A program made the position numbers and the translations under genes. The notes under the pieces are model-generated. The model saw only the letters and a list, made by a program, of their open reading frames with translations. It did not search any database and was not told the origin of the DNA. A stretch of DNA of 62,532 nt, counting the filler, from Choristocarpus tenellus KU-1152 (lineage: Eukaryota; Protista; Phaeophyceae): assembly GCA_964200185.2 (NCBI GenBank). It is 11 parts of 11 records of this genome, joined end to end, with 100 filler letters (N's around TTAATTAATTAA, not from the genome) between each part and the next. Parts side by side here need not be neighbours in the genome. Positions count along the whole stretch, not along the records: positions 22,366 to 28,744 come from CAXNAD020008265.1; positions 28,845 to 31,423 come from CAXNAD020026590.1; positions 31,524 to 35,415 come from CAXNAD020017320.1; positions 35,516 to 38,323 come from CAXNAD020024571.1; positions 38,424 to 44,858 come from CAXNAD020008147.1; 6 more parts are not named here. One strand, 5' to 3'. Shown one piece after another: positions 26,201 to 39,736 of the stretch. The number at the start of each line of letters is the position of its first letter. The first letter of the stretch is position 1.

Positions 26201-28678
26201 CAGCATGCTTCGATTATGTATGCTGCCGTTTTTTTCAGCAAGGTACATGCTGATGGGAGGAGTAACACCATTCCAGACACCTAATTCCAATGTAAGTAGA
26301 GCATTTTGCTGTAGATAAACCTTCATTCCCCATTTTTCCTAAAATTTGGGGCGAGGGGTATTCATTATATGCTTGAAGCCTGCTTGCCTCCTAGCTTCTT
26401 TTTGGAACTAGGGGTCAAGTGGGAGCACACTCTGCATCCCCTTTGTTGTGCAGTCTATCATGCCCTCTTACAGTGCAGTAGGTAAGGAGAAAGCTTATCC
26501 AATGTAGAGAAGGGCCGTCGGGTGCACTGTATCTGCATGCACCCTAGTATGTCTGGGACTAATCAGGCAGTAGGCGTAATTTTCCCCACTGTTCGGTATG
26601 ACATTAAACTCTCTTGGCCATAATTTGGTCTACTCAGCACGTAATTGCTCGTCCTTTCGTTATCCAGCTTGGTATCATTTTTTTCGTTTTTTTAAGAATT
26701 CCGTTTGTTTGAAGAATTGTGTCGAGAATATGACGCTATCTAAGGTTCCTAGGTGACCCGTTTGTGGAAGGCAATCGAACGGCGTGCTGAAAGAACTATC
26801 TGTGACCTGCGGTGGGTATCCTGACAGAAAAATACGTGTAATGTTTGTCTGGGATCACGTAGTATCTGAAAGTATTTGTTACCGAGATTCAAGATTTGCA
26901 GGGGGTCTACATGGTTGCACTTTCACCGTATAGCCAGTTACTTCCTATGGAGGCTTGAAGGATTCCCTCAAATACAACGTATGCGAAGATTGCTACGAAA
27001 AGGTGGATAATTCATATGTGTACATCTTCTTTTTTTTTGTCTTCTGTACTTGAGACTATTGAAAAGCTTCACACTTGCAAACTGCAGATAGGTTAGACAC
27101 GAAGGAGATGGATTCTCTGCCTATCATCAATTGCGTGTTTTTTGGAGCTTTTGATCAAATCCTAATAGTTTGTATATATTGTCTACTACTGCTGTGATCT
27201 AGGGTAGTACTTTGAAGCTCAGATATATCTAGATATCTGTCATCATGGAGTATCTGGTGCTGATGCGAGATCAGATTTGTCGCCAGTGCCTTAGCCCCTT
27301 TCCTTTTTTTGTTGAAACATGTCAAGGTTACATACTCTCAAAAGAGGAGTTAACATTGAATATCAAGACTTCGCCTCAAAGTAGAAGAAAGTAATAGATC
27401 TATGTATCACATTCTTAAACGTTCTGAGCATATCACAGGGCATAGGGTGCTGATAGGGTGCTGACCTTGCCACACCACTCTCAACTTCATAGGATCAGAT
27501 AAATGATTTTGGAAGCACCAGTTGGGGTGCTTCAAAATAAATTATCCATATACAAAAAAGAAACAAAATTATTTGCAGGCGCTGGTTTAGCCTCAGGCTG
27601 GGCGCGGATATGGACTGGACCCCATAGGGGCTGGTCTGGATGTAAGCGGGGATCACAGGAGTAGGAACTAGGATTCACACCTGATAACATATCTGACCAG
27701 GACCCAACTATGTGGTACGACCAAGAGTCAGATCCACAACTATCCTTGTGGTTTGTGTGCTGGACCTGGATCAGGTCCTGCTCTCACCAACCTGGAACTT
27801 GGATGGCGTATGAGTTGTGGACCCGTTTGAAATGTTGAGGGCGGGGCGGACTGCTGGTTCTAATATTTTTTGGCATGTCCGGACCAGGTACACCAAGTTG
27901 GAACATGTGAGGACCAGTAGCCCAAACAGGTTCCAACCTTCTCCGTCATATGCAGATCAGGTCCATCAAACATTGGAATGTGTTGAAGTTCATGCACAGG
28001 CAGGTCAAATATTTCCCATCATGTCTAGATCAATTCAGTCAGAGATGGCATCCTGACCAGGTCACGGCCCAACCTGCTACCATGTTTTGACAAAGATTGT
28101 GTGAGGTGAGTGATTTTGATAACAGTCGTCACAACAACGAAACCAAGGTTGAGTAAACAGATATATAGATATATGTACATATATATATTTATTGATAGAT
28201 ATAGCAAACACATTAATTCCAAAATGTGCTTCGGATGAGTTGAGACATGCTTTGACCAGGCTGGACTGGTAATATTTCTCTTCTACAGTCAGTCATAAAC
28301 TATTTCAACATGCCCAGGCCAGGAGGCTGGCAGTCCGGTACCACAATGTTTAATGTTTAACCAGGGCTGGTTCATTGCCGTCAAAATTTTCAACATGGTC
28401 GGGTGAAGGGCTGTCCTGATGCCAGTAGTTTCTAACACGACCGGTCCATAGCCATCAATCAATCATCAATCGATTCAACTTGTCCAACCAATAGGCTGCT
28501 TTACAGACCTGACTCAAACCCCGGCCATGTTAAGTGCCTGGACTAGTAATATTTACTTCTAGTCCTTACTTGATTTGTTTGATTCTGCATGTGGTGTGTA
28601 TCAAGTCGTTCAATCAACTCCAGGGCTCTTTGTGTGAGAGCCCAGGTGTGCATTTTGATGGTGCCACAACATGGGGCT

Positions 28679-28977
28679 GGGCTCAAAGTATCTGGTGGGT
28701 GGGGGGGGGGGCTGTACAGCAGGGTGTCCATTTGGACCCTGACCNNNNNNNNNNNNNNNNNNNNNNNNNNNNNNNNNNNNNNNNNNNNTTAATTAATTAA
28801 NNNNNNNNNNNNNNNNNNNNNNNNNNNNNNNNNNNNNNNNNNNNATTAGGGCCATAACCAGGAAACGTGCACTTACCTTATCCATCCAACGTAAGGAATC
28901 AAATCACCCAAAAATCGAGACATGAAAAAATTGACCCCAAATGGACAGTCGCCACCCCCTCCCAGATACTCTGAGCC
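28679..28977 (+). mobile_element. MITE family B: two partial copies on either side of a linker
   Basis: Left half CAAAGTATCTGGTGGGTGG...GGGTGTCCATTTGGACCCTGACC ends contig 4. Right half ...CCAGGAAACGTGCACTTAC...CCCCAAATGGACAGTCGCCACCCCCTCCCAGATACTCTGAGCC starts contig 5. Confidence 0.75.
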
Positions 28978-30189
28978 TGTTGTCTCAATTCAAATCCTGT
29001 GACGAAACACCTTCATGTGTATGTGACAGGAGATCAGCGTACGTATCGCTACCTGCACTTTAACTGGCGTGAGGAGCAAGTATTCGTAGCAACAGCCCAA
29101 AATATGAAGACTCAAATTCATTTCATCGATACAGTGTAAACGCTGTATCTTAAAAAGAATTCGGAGTGTTCAGTTTACATGTATGGCGAACAATAATTCA
29201 ACGTACAAGACATACAAGACTCCTTGACAAATTGAGGAAAACATTTGAGGTCCACCGCAATACCCTCAGATGCTATTCAATTAGTCAAACATCAATCTTG
29301 AAAGAACTCTTGTCTTGATCATAATAGCCTGATAACCACATATTATCGTTGTTTATCAGACTATCGATATCCACAGGCGCTGTCTGTAAGCCTCATCATC
29401 AGTCTATAGGCTTATGGATTGGACCTACATATCCTATCAAGGTAAGCTACTGGGAGCACAGTTTGTGCTAACGCTCTTTTTCTTCTCTTACAGGAACAAT
29501 GTGTACCCATCACTGGGATGGCCTCGGTGATGGTTGTGGCATGTGTGAGAGCATGTTGTGAGGTCATCATTCATGTACTAAGGGCGAACCTGAAACCTAC
29601 CACCTCCACCTTATGCAACAGGGAGGGTAAGATAGTTTTATGAGCTTCAAAAGCAAACACCCCACGGCACCTTTTGTTTCAGGTCTCTGTGTGTCGGTTG
29701 GGTCACAAGGGCTGTCTACAAACACTGTCTAAGTAAGTAAGGCTCTCCATCTGAGTCTGTCTCCCCAAAAGCACGAAACTTTGGACAATGTTCTCTTTTG
29801 AAAGAACCCATGCTTGCGAAATTTTGGCTTGCCCGTATCACAAGATGCCTCTTTCTTTAGGGTCGATGTGTGTGTTGAAGGTGTCATCTTTCACTCTCAC
29901 ACTATGCTTTCTAAAAAATGATCGTTCAATTTCTTCCAAAACACTCATGTTATTCGCACTCAAAGACTCTAGAAGATGACAATGCAGCAACGCACGAGTT
30001 TCCACCCTTTGATTAAATATGACCATTTCAGTGGAGATAATAATGAAAAAATATATTTCTATGCAAGAATGTAGCATTGATTTGGATTGGCATAGGATGT
30101 AGTGAAGTTTTGGGTCAACAAGTAATGCGGAGTTTGTGCAGCACCTTGCACGAAGGAGACTCGCGGTGATCACAGAGGTAGTGCTCGGA

Positions 30190-30620
30190 TCGTCCGCACA
30201 GATGAAAAGCCACTTCTCATCTATGTAGACGAAATCTTGGATTTTGTGGAAGGTGCTCGAACCCCCTGATCCCTCAGTGACGAGCCAGTACGATGCCCAC
30301 CTCAGCCTTCATGACTTGTGCTTCATCAGCAAGGAACGGTTTAAGATAAGTTGAACCTGCTCTTAAACCGAGCTTCATGTTATCGTGCACAGTGGACCGG
30401 GGGGTACTCAGCTAAGTCACTAGAGCGTGGTGTGCTGTGAAGATATTTATGGAATCATTTTGAGGATATCTTGGAGGTCATCGATATTGTTGGTACCTTT
30501 GCGGTCAGAATTCCCCTTCCGTCTCTGACCAATGTTGTTGGGACCCATTACACGAGCAGTCTGGTGGACCTTACTACACCTTTAGATTATCTGAGTAGTA
30601 ATCCCAAACTACTCGCTTTA
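30190..30620 (-). pseudogene. Tc1/mariner (DD39D-like) transposase remnant
   Basis: Minus-strand fragments PRSTVHDNMK and FHKIQDFVYIDEKWLFI resemble the HTH and the 'D.VHIDEKWF' first catalytic motif. Frameshifted. Confidence 0.6.
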
Positions 30621-32305
30621 TATTGGGGTGATAGAACCCTTCCTCCAGCCTTGAACCAGGTCTACAACCTGCCCTTTTTCAACCTACATCAGATTCTTGT
30701 TTTGATTATGTCAGATATCTCCTCACCCATATGTGTGGTGGTTATGTCACTGGACGAGATTTGATGACATTTGAACAGGGATGCTGGCTATTACCCTTCA
30801 AAATTGTAGGCCTTCTTACCCAAATCACAAACGTCAGTAGAATGTGGTTTTGAACTGACCGATTAGAGTGCGTTCCTCACAATGGCGAACCAGACAAAAA
30901 ATTTCGTTGATGGGAGTGAGCTATACGGTATAACTGAAGTCAATGCCACACATATGGGGCATACCTGTCCAAACGAAATAAACAAAATATCTTTCACATT
31001 TACGATAGCCACCTACGTCAAATTGTCTCCATAACAACGCAGGTGGCACTGTCTAGACGTGTCGTGCGTTTTGAGCTAGAGTCACCAGGGGAGATGGGCA
31101 AGAAGGGGTTTGTTGGATTCTTGGGATGCTTCCCTAGCTCCTCACTCTGGAGTGCAGGAATAGGTAGATTGGAGGCACAGGAGGAATGTTACAGGCGCCC
31201 CTCAATGCTCACCTTCCAGGATGTACAACTCAAATCCAACGATCTCAAAACGACGCTACGAGGGGAGTCCACAGATGATAACCACGTTCGGTGTCAGCTT
31301 GATATTTAGCTCAGTCAATGTCTCGCTTCTCGCTTTATCAAAAGAGGTACATCAAAAAAGGAACTGAGGGTGTGGCGGGCCTTCTCAGCCTTCTACTAGC
31401 ATCATCCACCAGTTTTTCTACAGNNNNNNNNNNNNNNNNNNNNNNNNNNNNNNNNNNNNNNNNNNNNTTAATTAATTAANNNNNNNNNNNNNNNNNNNNN
31501 NNNNNNNNNNNNNNNNNNNNNNNCCATTGGATTAACTTTAATGAGCCCAAATTTGGAGCTAAGCATGTTTTCACGGACCTTGGCAGCCATGGGAACGGTA
31601 CTGCTTACGATCTCCCGAACCCTCTAGGATACAGTTGATAGTCATCAACTAAATCGTCACCCTAGTAACTCCCATAATTTCACCCACCCCCTCAATCATA
31701 TTTTCTTCGAAAGTGCGAATAATTTTATATTCGTCTTGGCATGACTCTCTCAAGTTGGGCAGAGGATAGGGAGGTTCATACTAATGATACTCCTGCCTGC
31801 CATGTGAATTTGCTCTGCTCATTTTCACGGGAAACTTCAAAGGCTTCCCACTCCTACGTGGCCATCAGGAAAACAAGCAAAATACTTGAGTGGTATCATA
31901 GATCGAAGTAGTAGACATTTTCTTGCCGTTGTGAGTGAGGGAGCAACAACTACTACAAACTTCCTAGTGGCCGAGCGGTAAGACACAACGTTTGCAACTG
32001 GTGCTAACAGTTATTGAAGGTCCTATCACTATATAGCAGAGTAGTATATAATTGTACAGTGAACCTTCACTTCAATTAGCCTGCTATTGTCTCGAGATAC
32101 ATATGCTGCCAAATGTTATCAATTCAAGACGCGAGGTCACAATAGGGTGGTTTTCCTTTGGGCAGGTACTTCACCAGGAAGGATGAGGATATAGCAAGAC
32201 AGAAATACTAAGGTCTCTTTTTAAAGGATTGTCGAAAGTCCTCGCTCCAACCAGCAGGGGGTGTATACTGGTAACATGTAACTCCCAAGTGTGGAAGAAA
32301 TCACT

Positions 32306-32556
32306 GAGTCAAGTTAAACGAGAGGTACCCATGGTTGCATTTTATGGATGCTGACAAATATGTAATATTCAGCTTCTTGTACAAAAGCATGGAGGGACTT
32401 TTCCTAGTTTTGTCAAAGATTTTCAAACGGCAGAGAAACCAACGCTCCCAAGTCGACTGAGTTTTTCATTCTCAGAAATAAGGATGAATTGGAAAAGATG
32501 GAAAAGGTGGCTTAAATGCAAGACGACCAAAGCCTGGGTACCTCTCGCTTAGGCTC
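32306..32556 (+). mobile_element. MITE family C copy
   Basis: GAGTCAAGTTAAACGAGAGGTACCCA ... TGGGTACCTCTCGCTTAGGCTC inverted ends, flanked by ACT on both sides. Confidence 0.7.
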
Positions 32557-33785
32557 ACTACACTCTGGTAGATAGAGGGAATAACCAAGGATCTTTTGAA
32601 CCTCGAGTCACCCAGAAAAAGCCAGAATGAAATTTCTTAGAGATTGATTCTGTTTGATCTTTGAGTTCTACGAGACGGAACTGAAACGGACGTTTCTCAT
32701 GCATGGAGTACTTTTGTCACTAGTGGGGAGCACGTCCAAATGGAGCCTAACCTGTGCCATGTCTTGTGCATGTAGATGCACACTCTGTTAGCAGTTTAAG
32801 GTGTGTCGTATCTGCCCCACTCAATGACAACGATGATGCCTGTTGTTTCCTTGTTTTGTCATAACTGAGTGTGTTGGGTACAAAGCTGTGCTTTCTGTGT
32901 AAGTGCTGCTACTACGATTTACAACTACTACAAAACAAGAACAGGTTACAAAAACAGCAATAACAATAACGGTAACAAGGACATAATGCCATCGGTGTAC
33001 TGTAGGCAGTAGATTTGTAGGCTGCTGAGGCGACAATCAACCCAGTCATAACTCCTAATTGAGGTCGTCACTCTAACCTTGATAACTTGTTCAAAGCTAT
33101 CATCTTCCATTGAGCATAACATATATCAGAGAAAACTGAAATAGTATCTGTAGATGGATGAATGAGGTAAGTTATCCGAAACCAAGACTTTGGCATTCAT
33201 GGGCGAAAGAGTGCGTGCCTGATGTGCAGCATATAGCAGACCAGTTGCCATTGCCAGGGGAAAAAAGGGAAAGAGAACTGCTTCAACTCCACCAGAGATA
33301 TAACCAAAGGTTGAGGTCAGGGCTCGACTATTCACTGTGGATCGCAAGGAGGTGCCAATATATTGTGTTGCCATCCTCATAGCACACAAATATAATGGGG
33401 AGTCATGCAACAAACAAGAGGTTTGAGATGCCCCAACTACAGGCACACCCTGACTACAAACATGAAGTACAACAAGGGGACTCGGCTTGTGCCTAAGAAA
33501 AGGTGGCCTTCTACCTATTGCTGTATAAACTATGTCAAGGCCCCACAATACCTTCAGAGGACGGGTATACAAATATACAAAAGGACGAGCATACAAATTC
33601 ATTCTACAGTTATATAGAAGTACAGAAAAACGTGACAGGAAAAGAGCATTCAGGATCAGAAAGAAACATCGACACAGCAGGTCCTCCGCAATAAATCTTA
33701 TCTCGTACGCACATCATCTCTCCTCCATTCCACACAACCTATGCCCAAGTGGGACAGATGCCTCTTGTTTCAGCGAGAGGTTCAG

Positions 33786-35023
33786 TTACTTCAGCTGCTC
33801 AAAGAGAGAATTGCCCTCGTAAATGGCCACAGTCGGGCCCTTGGCATCAAGAGAGCTCACCGCAGCTTTGACCATAGCCTCCCCAAGCCTATCAATGTGT
33901 ATCTCCTTGTACTTGATGGGTAACATCCATGACAAGGATTTTGACACCGCCGCAGCCCACCGAGGTGTGTTGGTGTTACCAATGAGTGTAGCAGGTCGGA
34001 AAATTCCCACTGATTCGAATTCCATTTCTTGCATATTATTCTCCACCTTGAGGAGGAAAGAGGGGGAAAGGTGGGGATGGTTGGGTTCCATACCTAAATG
34101 TTGTGACCAGAGAGAGGATTGACTGCACCAACATTCTATATGAAACTTATGTCAAGTTAACACCCAGCAGTAGCCCAGATATAGTAATGGTTCAATGATC
34201 TGACCGCCCTACAATGCTGCAAAGTAGGCGTTGTGGTTAAACCTTTGAAAAAGTTACCGCTCTTCTTTGAGTCATGGGCAAGTTGAAGCACAATTCTCCA
34301 GCTTGACCATAAAGTACACAACATGATCTGAGGAAAAACTCAACATGATACAGAAAACTCCCTTCGCATCAACATACACAAGGTTCTCTGAGTAATTAAC
34401 CGGGATTTTCTTTCCAAATCTTTGTCAAAATGCTCACCAATCCCTTGAAATAAGGTCCAGCACCAACAATCCCAGTCCACTCGGGCAGCTTAGCGTCCAT
34501 GTTAGCCCCAATCGAAGAGAGGAGAGCCACATGGCGAACACAACCAGAATCCTTCGCTCCACGTGCAAATGAAGTCGGCAGATTTACTTCAACTTTCTCC
34601 ATATATTCTCGACTAACACCATCCTGAACTGGAGCTCCGACTCCCATCGTTATAAAGCATGCTTGGACACCGGCATCACGAAGGAGAGACCTGGCCATCA
34701 ACGGGAACATAGCAATACACAAGCAGCTCCATTTTATCCTTTTGTCTTCATCAAAGTATCCATGATATTGCTGTAATAGGGGGTTGGAGAGTATTATTGA
34801 GCGCTTGAAGTGTTGCTTCGGAGTTTCCCTACGTTGATTCTGCTTCAAGGTTATCCATGTTGACAACATGCTGATGGATTCGTGGCTCGTCCTTGTAGAA
34901 GGGAAGGGTTCGTCGTCCAACCAGCAGTAACTTCCCGCACCGATGTTCGGCCAGTAGAGCTTTGATTACTCCGCCACCAACATTGCCTGAGGCTCCAAGG
35001 ACAGCTGCTACGAAGGAAGACAT
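33786..35023 (-). CDS. HTATIP2/TIP30-like NAD(P)-binding oxidoreductase (atypical SDR), complete, about 234 aa, 3 exons
   Basis: Exons 35023-34833, 34690-34438 and 34046-33786: MSSFVAAVLGASGNVGGGVIKALL...LLLVGRR...-SLLRDAGVQACFITMGVG...FARGAKDSGCVRHVALLSSIGAN...YFKGL-VENNMQEMEFESVGIFRPATLIG...IHIDRLGEAMV...FEQLK*. Rossmann GASG.VG, LLSS.GA, Y..KG.VE and IFRP..L motifs. Confidence 0.9.
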
Positions 35024-35074
35024 GATAGTGGATTGTTACTCCCCTCCCATCTGAAATATATGGTAAGGGATGAA

Positions 35075-35415
35075 TTCTCATCGTTGTCAAACTGGCTATC
35101 CAAACTAATTTTTAGGTTGAATTTTGTTTTGCTCACGAATTCTGGATTATTATTATTATTATTATTATTATTTTATTCTACATTTGTATTCCTCCCTATT
35201 CCCTTTTCTCCCTATTCCCTTTTCTCCCTATTCCCTTTTCTCCCTATAATCTAACCCTTGTGACCAACCAGTGCGACCTCTTCGCCACTGATTTTCAGTC
35301 ACCCCCATATCTGATGACCAACCAGGGCGAACCCCCTTCGCCCCTGATTTCCAGTCACCCCTACATCTGATGACCAACCAGGGCGAACCCCCTTCACCCC
35401 TGATTTCCCGTCACC
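35075..35415 (+). repeat. Composite dispersed repeat: (TTA)n microsatellite plus about 55-bp minisatellite x3
   Basis: ACGAATTCTGGA(TTA)n followed by units TGACCAACCAG(G/T)GCGAACCCCCTTCGCCCCTGATTTCCAGTCACCCC.ACATCTGA; the reverse complement occurs at 50900-51230. Confidence 0.85.
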
Positions 35416-36009
35416 NNNNNNNNNNNNNNNNNNNNNNNNNNNNNNNNNNNNNNNNNNNNTTAATTAATTAANNNNNNNNNNNNNNNNNNNNNNNNNNNNN
35501 NNNNNNNNNNNNNNNATGTTAACCTTGCCTCAGCTAATGGACCGCTCTAATTCAGCCCCCCCCCCCCAAAGGTTGTTCTACCAAATAGGAGATTTGGACT
35601 GAGATGAATAAAAAATAAAAATACTTCCGACGGTTGTATACTTAGTCCAACCACTCCACAACGTGAGCAACATCCCAGTGCTGACATCTCCTCTTCATCT
35701 CTCACTAGGGTTAGGGTGGGCGATGCTCTAAAAGCAACATCTGGCATCTCGTCTCTTCAACACAACCTAACCTACTCAGGACGCCTCTTACACTACGTAC
35801 TCCTAGTGACTCAAACTCAAAGTAAACCGAGATGGGGGGAGAGAAGGGGTGTGTGGGTGTGGGTGTGGGACGGGGGACGGGGGGGGAGATTTGACAGCAT
35901 TGAGTTTCAACGGTCATTTCTTTTTTTTCTTTTTTTTTTCCAGAAAACTGAACGCGCCCACAACACACCCCTCAGGTGCATGCATGAAGCACCCTAACAC
36001 TAAAAAATT

Positions 36010-36063
<54 letters not shown>

Positions 36064-36202
36064 TGTTACCTAGACAAGGCAGCAAAGACAGCACAAACCT
36101 AGTTTAGAGTATCGAAAAAATTAAATTCCCCTCTTAGCATCTTTTTTGTTTTTATTTTATTTTGTGGGTTACACAGAAAGCGTACTTGGCAGGCGATGAC
36201 AG

Positions 36203-36246
<44 letters not shown>

Positions 36247-36735
36247 AGTTGCAGTTGCACAGATTAATGGTAGTGACTGCAGTCCATCATGTAGTCCACC
36301 ATGTGGCCCTGAAAGCTACACCATCGTGATACACTTGAGCGAGATGCATGCTTTATACTTCAATGTGAAGAAATGTCTGTAGTGTCTAGGTATTCCATGC
36401 AGCGGGGTACTTCGTTCAGACTTGGCATCAATACCATCTCCATTCTGTAACCTTCCGCCCATATGGGGTATTGATATGTGGGGTATTGATATGTGATCCA
36501 CACCGCGACTCTTGATATGGCGGCCAGAGGAAGTGTGTACCCTAATAGTAGTAGTAGTAGAGGTGGTGTTAGCTCGCTACAATAGTATTATTATTATTAT
36601 TACTACTATAATTACTATTACTAATATTATTATTATTCTACTACTAAAACTACTATTAATGTTATTATTATTACTATTATTATTATTATTACCACTACTA
36701 TTACTATTACTACTACTACTATTATTATTGTTATA
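36010..36735. repeat. Microsatellite cluster: (GT)n, (CT)n and degenerate (TAT/TAC)n
   Basis: (TG)n at 36010-36062, (CT)n at 36204-36243, (TAT/TAC)n at 36585-36735. Confidence 0.9.
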
Positions 36736-37893
36736 ACCTATCCTCTTTTTGGTGCCGGTTCAAATATTTCGCCACAGATGAGGAAAGTTACAGCATTGGG
36801 GAGGCGTTTCTTGCGGCCTAGGATAGAGTGCAGCGGGGTGGTGACGTAGATGGCGTGCATATACTTGAGAATTAGAACTTGCTGAGGTTTATAGGGCAAT
36901 GTCCTCACTATGCTGGGGCTGTTCTTGCAAGATCAAACACAAAAATAACAAAAATATGATAAACTGCCTGGTAGCACAGTATCATCGATATATATCTAAA
37001 TAAAAATAAATGCAAATATAAATATAAATATAGGAGTATGTATATATATTCAAAACAAAATATATATATTTTTTGTCTAATTTCTTTTTTTGTCAAAATG
37101 TAAACACTTTTTGAGTCGGGCACAAAGGCCGTTGGATGCATATACACATTCCACACAACTTCAAGGCAGTTGATTCGCACTTCCACATGAGACGAACCGT
37201 CTCTATTTCATGTTTTCACTGTAAATAAGGAAGACTTAAAACAAAAAAAAAAAAACTTGCAGTACATCAGTACAGCTGTGGGGTTGACTGGTACAATATA
37301 TATATATATAAAATATATATGAGAGAAAAAAAGGAAAATAAGTAACAGATCAAGTACAGAACACATATATACGCTGCACATTAAACTCAATTTTTTCTTG
37401 TTAAAAAAATATATATATTGAATTTTCTGGTGAAACAGAACACAATAAATTAAATTTAAAAAACGAAAAAATAGATTAAATTTAATTTTTTCTTCCCTTC
37501 TATACTTTGCATCTATCTCTTCTCATCCTTTACCGAGATATTCGGTCACAAAAAAAAGTTTTAACAGTAAAAAAAAAATGTTATTAATCTTATTTTTGAT
37601 CTTCCTGTTTTATTTTTGATGTACGCTACTGAAGAACCAATATATCCGAAAAATATTATCTGTGTACAAAAAACCCCCCATAATAGTGAGATCCGGCAGG
37701 ACCATTAAGTATTTCCACTTTCTTTACGATTAAAAAAAAGAAGTGTTTCTACCAATATTCTGTTTTTCACACTCCTATATCTCTCACCTCAGCAACGACA
37801 GTTACAGGAGCAGACGCCTCCACGAGAGCTGCCTCCAACCACACCTCAAACTCCTCTGCCGTGTAGGCCATCCACTGACCCATCCTCGAAGCC
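36321..37893 (-). CDS. Putative internal exons of an unidentified gene
   Basis: GC-balanced islands in AT-rich DNA with AG/GT borders: about 37893-37788 (ASRMGQWMAYTAEEFEVWLEAALVE...), about 37202-37108 (DGSSHVEVRINCLEVVWNVYMHPTAFVPDSK), about 36907-36791 (RTLPYKPQQVLILKYMHAIYVTTPLHSILGRKKRLPNA) and about 36444-36321 (NGDGIDAKSER...CITM). The last three are phase-compatible; the first junction is not. No family recognised. Confidence 0.35.
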
Positions 37894-38122
37894 CTGCTCA
37901 GTTCAATTAAAAAAAAGAAAATGAATCAACTACAGGTCTTCTCATTTTTTTTTAAAGGTATACGGCATAATTAACAGGCAGGAGAAGGAGAGGCAAAGAG
38001 ATATTCCCACTTGAATCTTAAAGATTCAATTTTTTATTTTGAAAAAGGGGCACTACTACTACCACTACTACTAAGGTTGTATCACTCAGGAACAATACAC
38101 TTCTCACTGTCGACAGCGGCCT

Positions 38123-38153
<31 letters not shown>

Positions 38154-39486
38154 CAACAATAGTAATAATAATCGCGCGCCTGTTGACATGCCAGTTTGCT
38201 CAAGTACAAAAAAAATTACTTCTGCATTTGAAAGGTAGCAAAAAAAACAAATTTGAGACTCCCGATAAGTCAGGCCTTACGTGGTAAGCCCCAGAAGGCC
38301 AAAAGTGTATGTGTGTGGGGGGGNNNNNNNNNNNNNNNNNNNNNNNNNNNNNNNNNNNNNNNNNNNNTTAATTAATTAANNNNNNNNNNNNNNNNNNNNN
38401 NNNNNNNNNNNNNNNNNNNNNNNGGTTGGTGGGGGAGGGGGGGGGGGTTGGGAGTGGTGCCTCCCCAAAAAGAATTAAAAACAAGCCCCCCCCCCCCCCC
38501 CCCCCCTCCCACCATATGGTTCTCTATTTCACGTACTCAGTAATGTGATATTGTGGTACCTATTTTTTGGCAAGTACAACACAAAGAATTGGCCAATGAG
38601 AAGGCTCGTTTCATTTATTAAATCCTTCTGATTGTGGCGAGATTGTTGTGTTATGTACGACTGGGGGTCTAAGGCTCGTTCCTTCTATTAAAATGACAAT
38701 TTCATTCTGATTTTTTTTTTAAAATTGATTTTTCATTATTTTTCCAATCTCGCTTGTCCAGTAAGAAACAGCAAGTTCACTGAAGCTGGCCAGTAAGCAC
38801 TGACTGATTGGATGCTGAAGGTGACAGAAGGAAAGTGTAAGATAGTCCGAGGGCTTTGTAGTGGGAGGAAGTGCATTATTTGTTGCCATGAGGAAAGTCT
38901 AACACTATTACCTTGATATTCCGGTTTTTGTAATACTTGGTTGGAATGGGATATGAAGTGGGCTAGAAAATTGGAATAAAAAAAATGTTAGGAATTGTTG
39001 AAACCTTGTTAGCACGTCACCCTAACCCTAGCCTCTGAGGTTTGAACCTCCAACTTGCACCTAGCATCTCAAGATCACAATACCATGATCCTATTGATAT
39101 TTCAAAACCCTGCAGTGCTGTGCAGTGTGTACTCCTCTCCTTTGCAAGGTTGTACTTGTTTGCCCTATAGTTGAAAATAAAAATGTTACGGTAAGCACCA
39201 TATCAATGTTACATCTTCTATGATGCTTTTGATTTAACACTCGTAAACAATACATACATAACTTCCCCTCACTCACCCCACACCACCACCCCCACCTCTT
39301 GATAGTACCTCCAAAATATTAGGGTTACATACATATATGTATATAGAACAAAGATTTATACTGATTACAATGCAGAACCAAATAAGACAGACACGCTCAC
39401 CAATATCATCAGACTCCCCTAAATACCCCCCTTTCCAATTCCCCTTCCCATCCCCTTTCCTCCTCCCATTGTGGTACTACTTACAG

Positions 39487-39703
39487 GTGAGGGAGCTCCA
39501 ACGTGGTGGGGAATCTGTGGCAATGGTTGGAGATGGACTGAATGACGCCCCGGCTTTGGCCACTGCAGATGTTGGTATAGCCATTGGAGCAGGGACACAG
39601 GTGAGACAAACATTGGGATTGAGTCAAGAAAGGAATGAATTGAGGTAGACGGAAGGATTGGGAGTGGGAGGAGCTATTTGTTGTGTGTGTGTGTGTGTGT
39701 ATG

Positions 39704-39736
<33 letters not shown>

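Noticed and set aside
28679-28977. A single MITE spanning the gap, implying that contigs 4 and 5 are adjacent
   Set aside because: The overlapping parts differ (TTGGACCCTGACC versus TAGGGCCATAACC), so they are different copies.
35258-35415. 55-bp repeats as a CRISPR array
   Set aside because: The units are head-to-tail with no unique spacers, there are no cas genes, and the context is eukaryotic.
36512-36736. Poly-Leu/Ile ORF (and poly-Asn/Tyr ORFs at 38011, 51027 and 51088)
   Set aside because: Translations of trinucleotide microsatellites.
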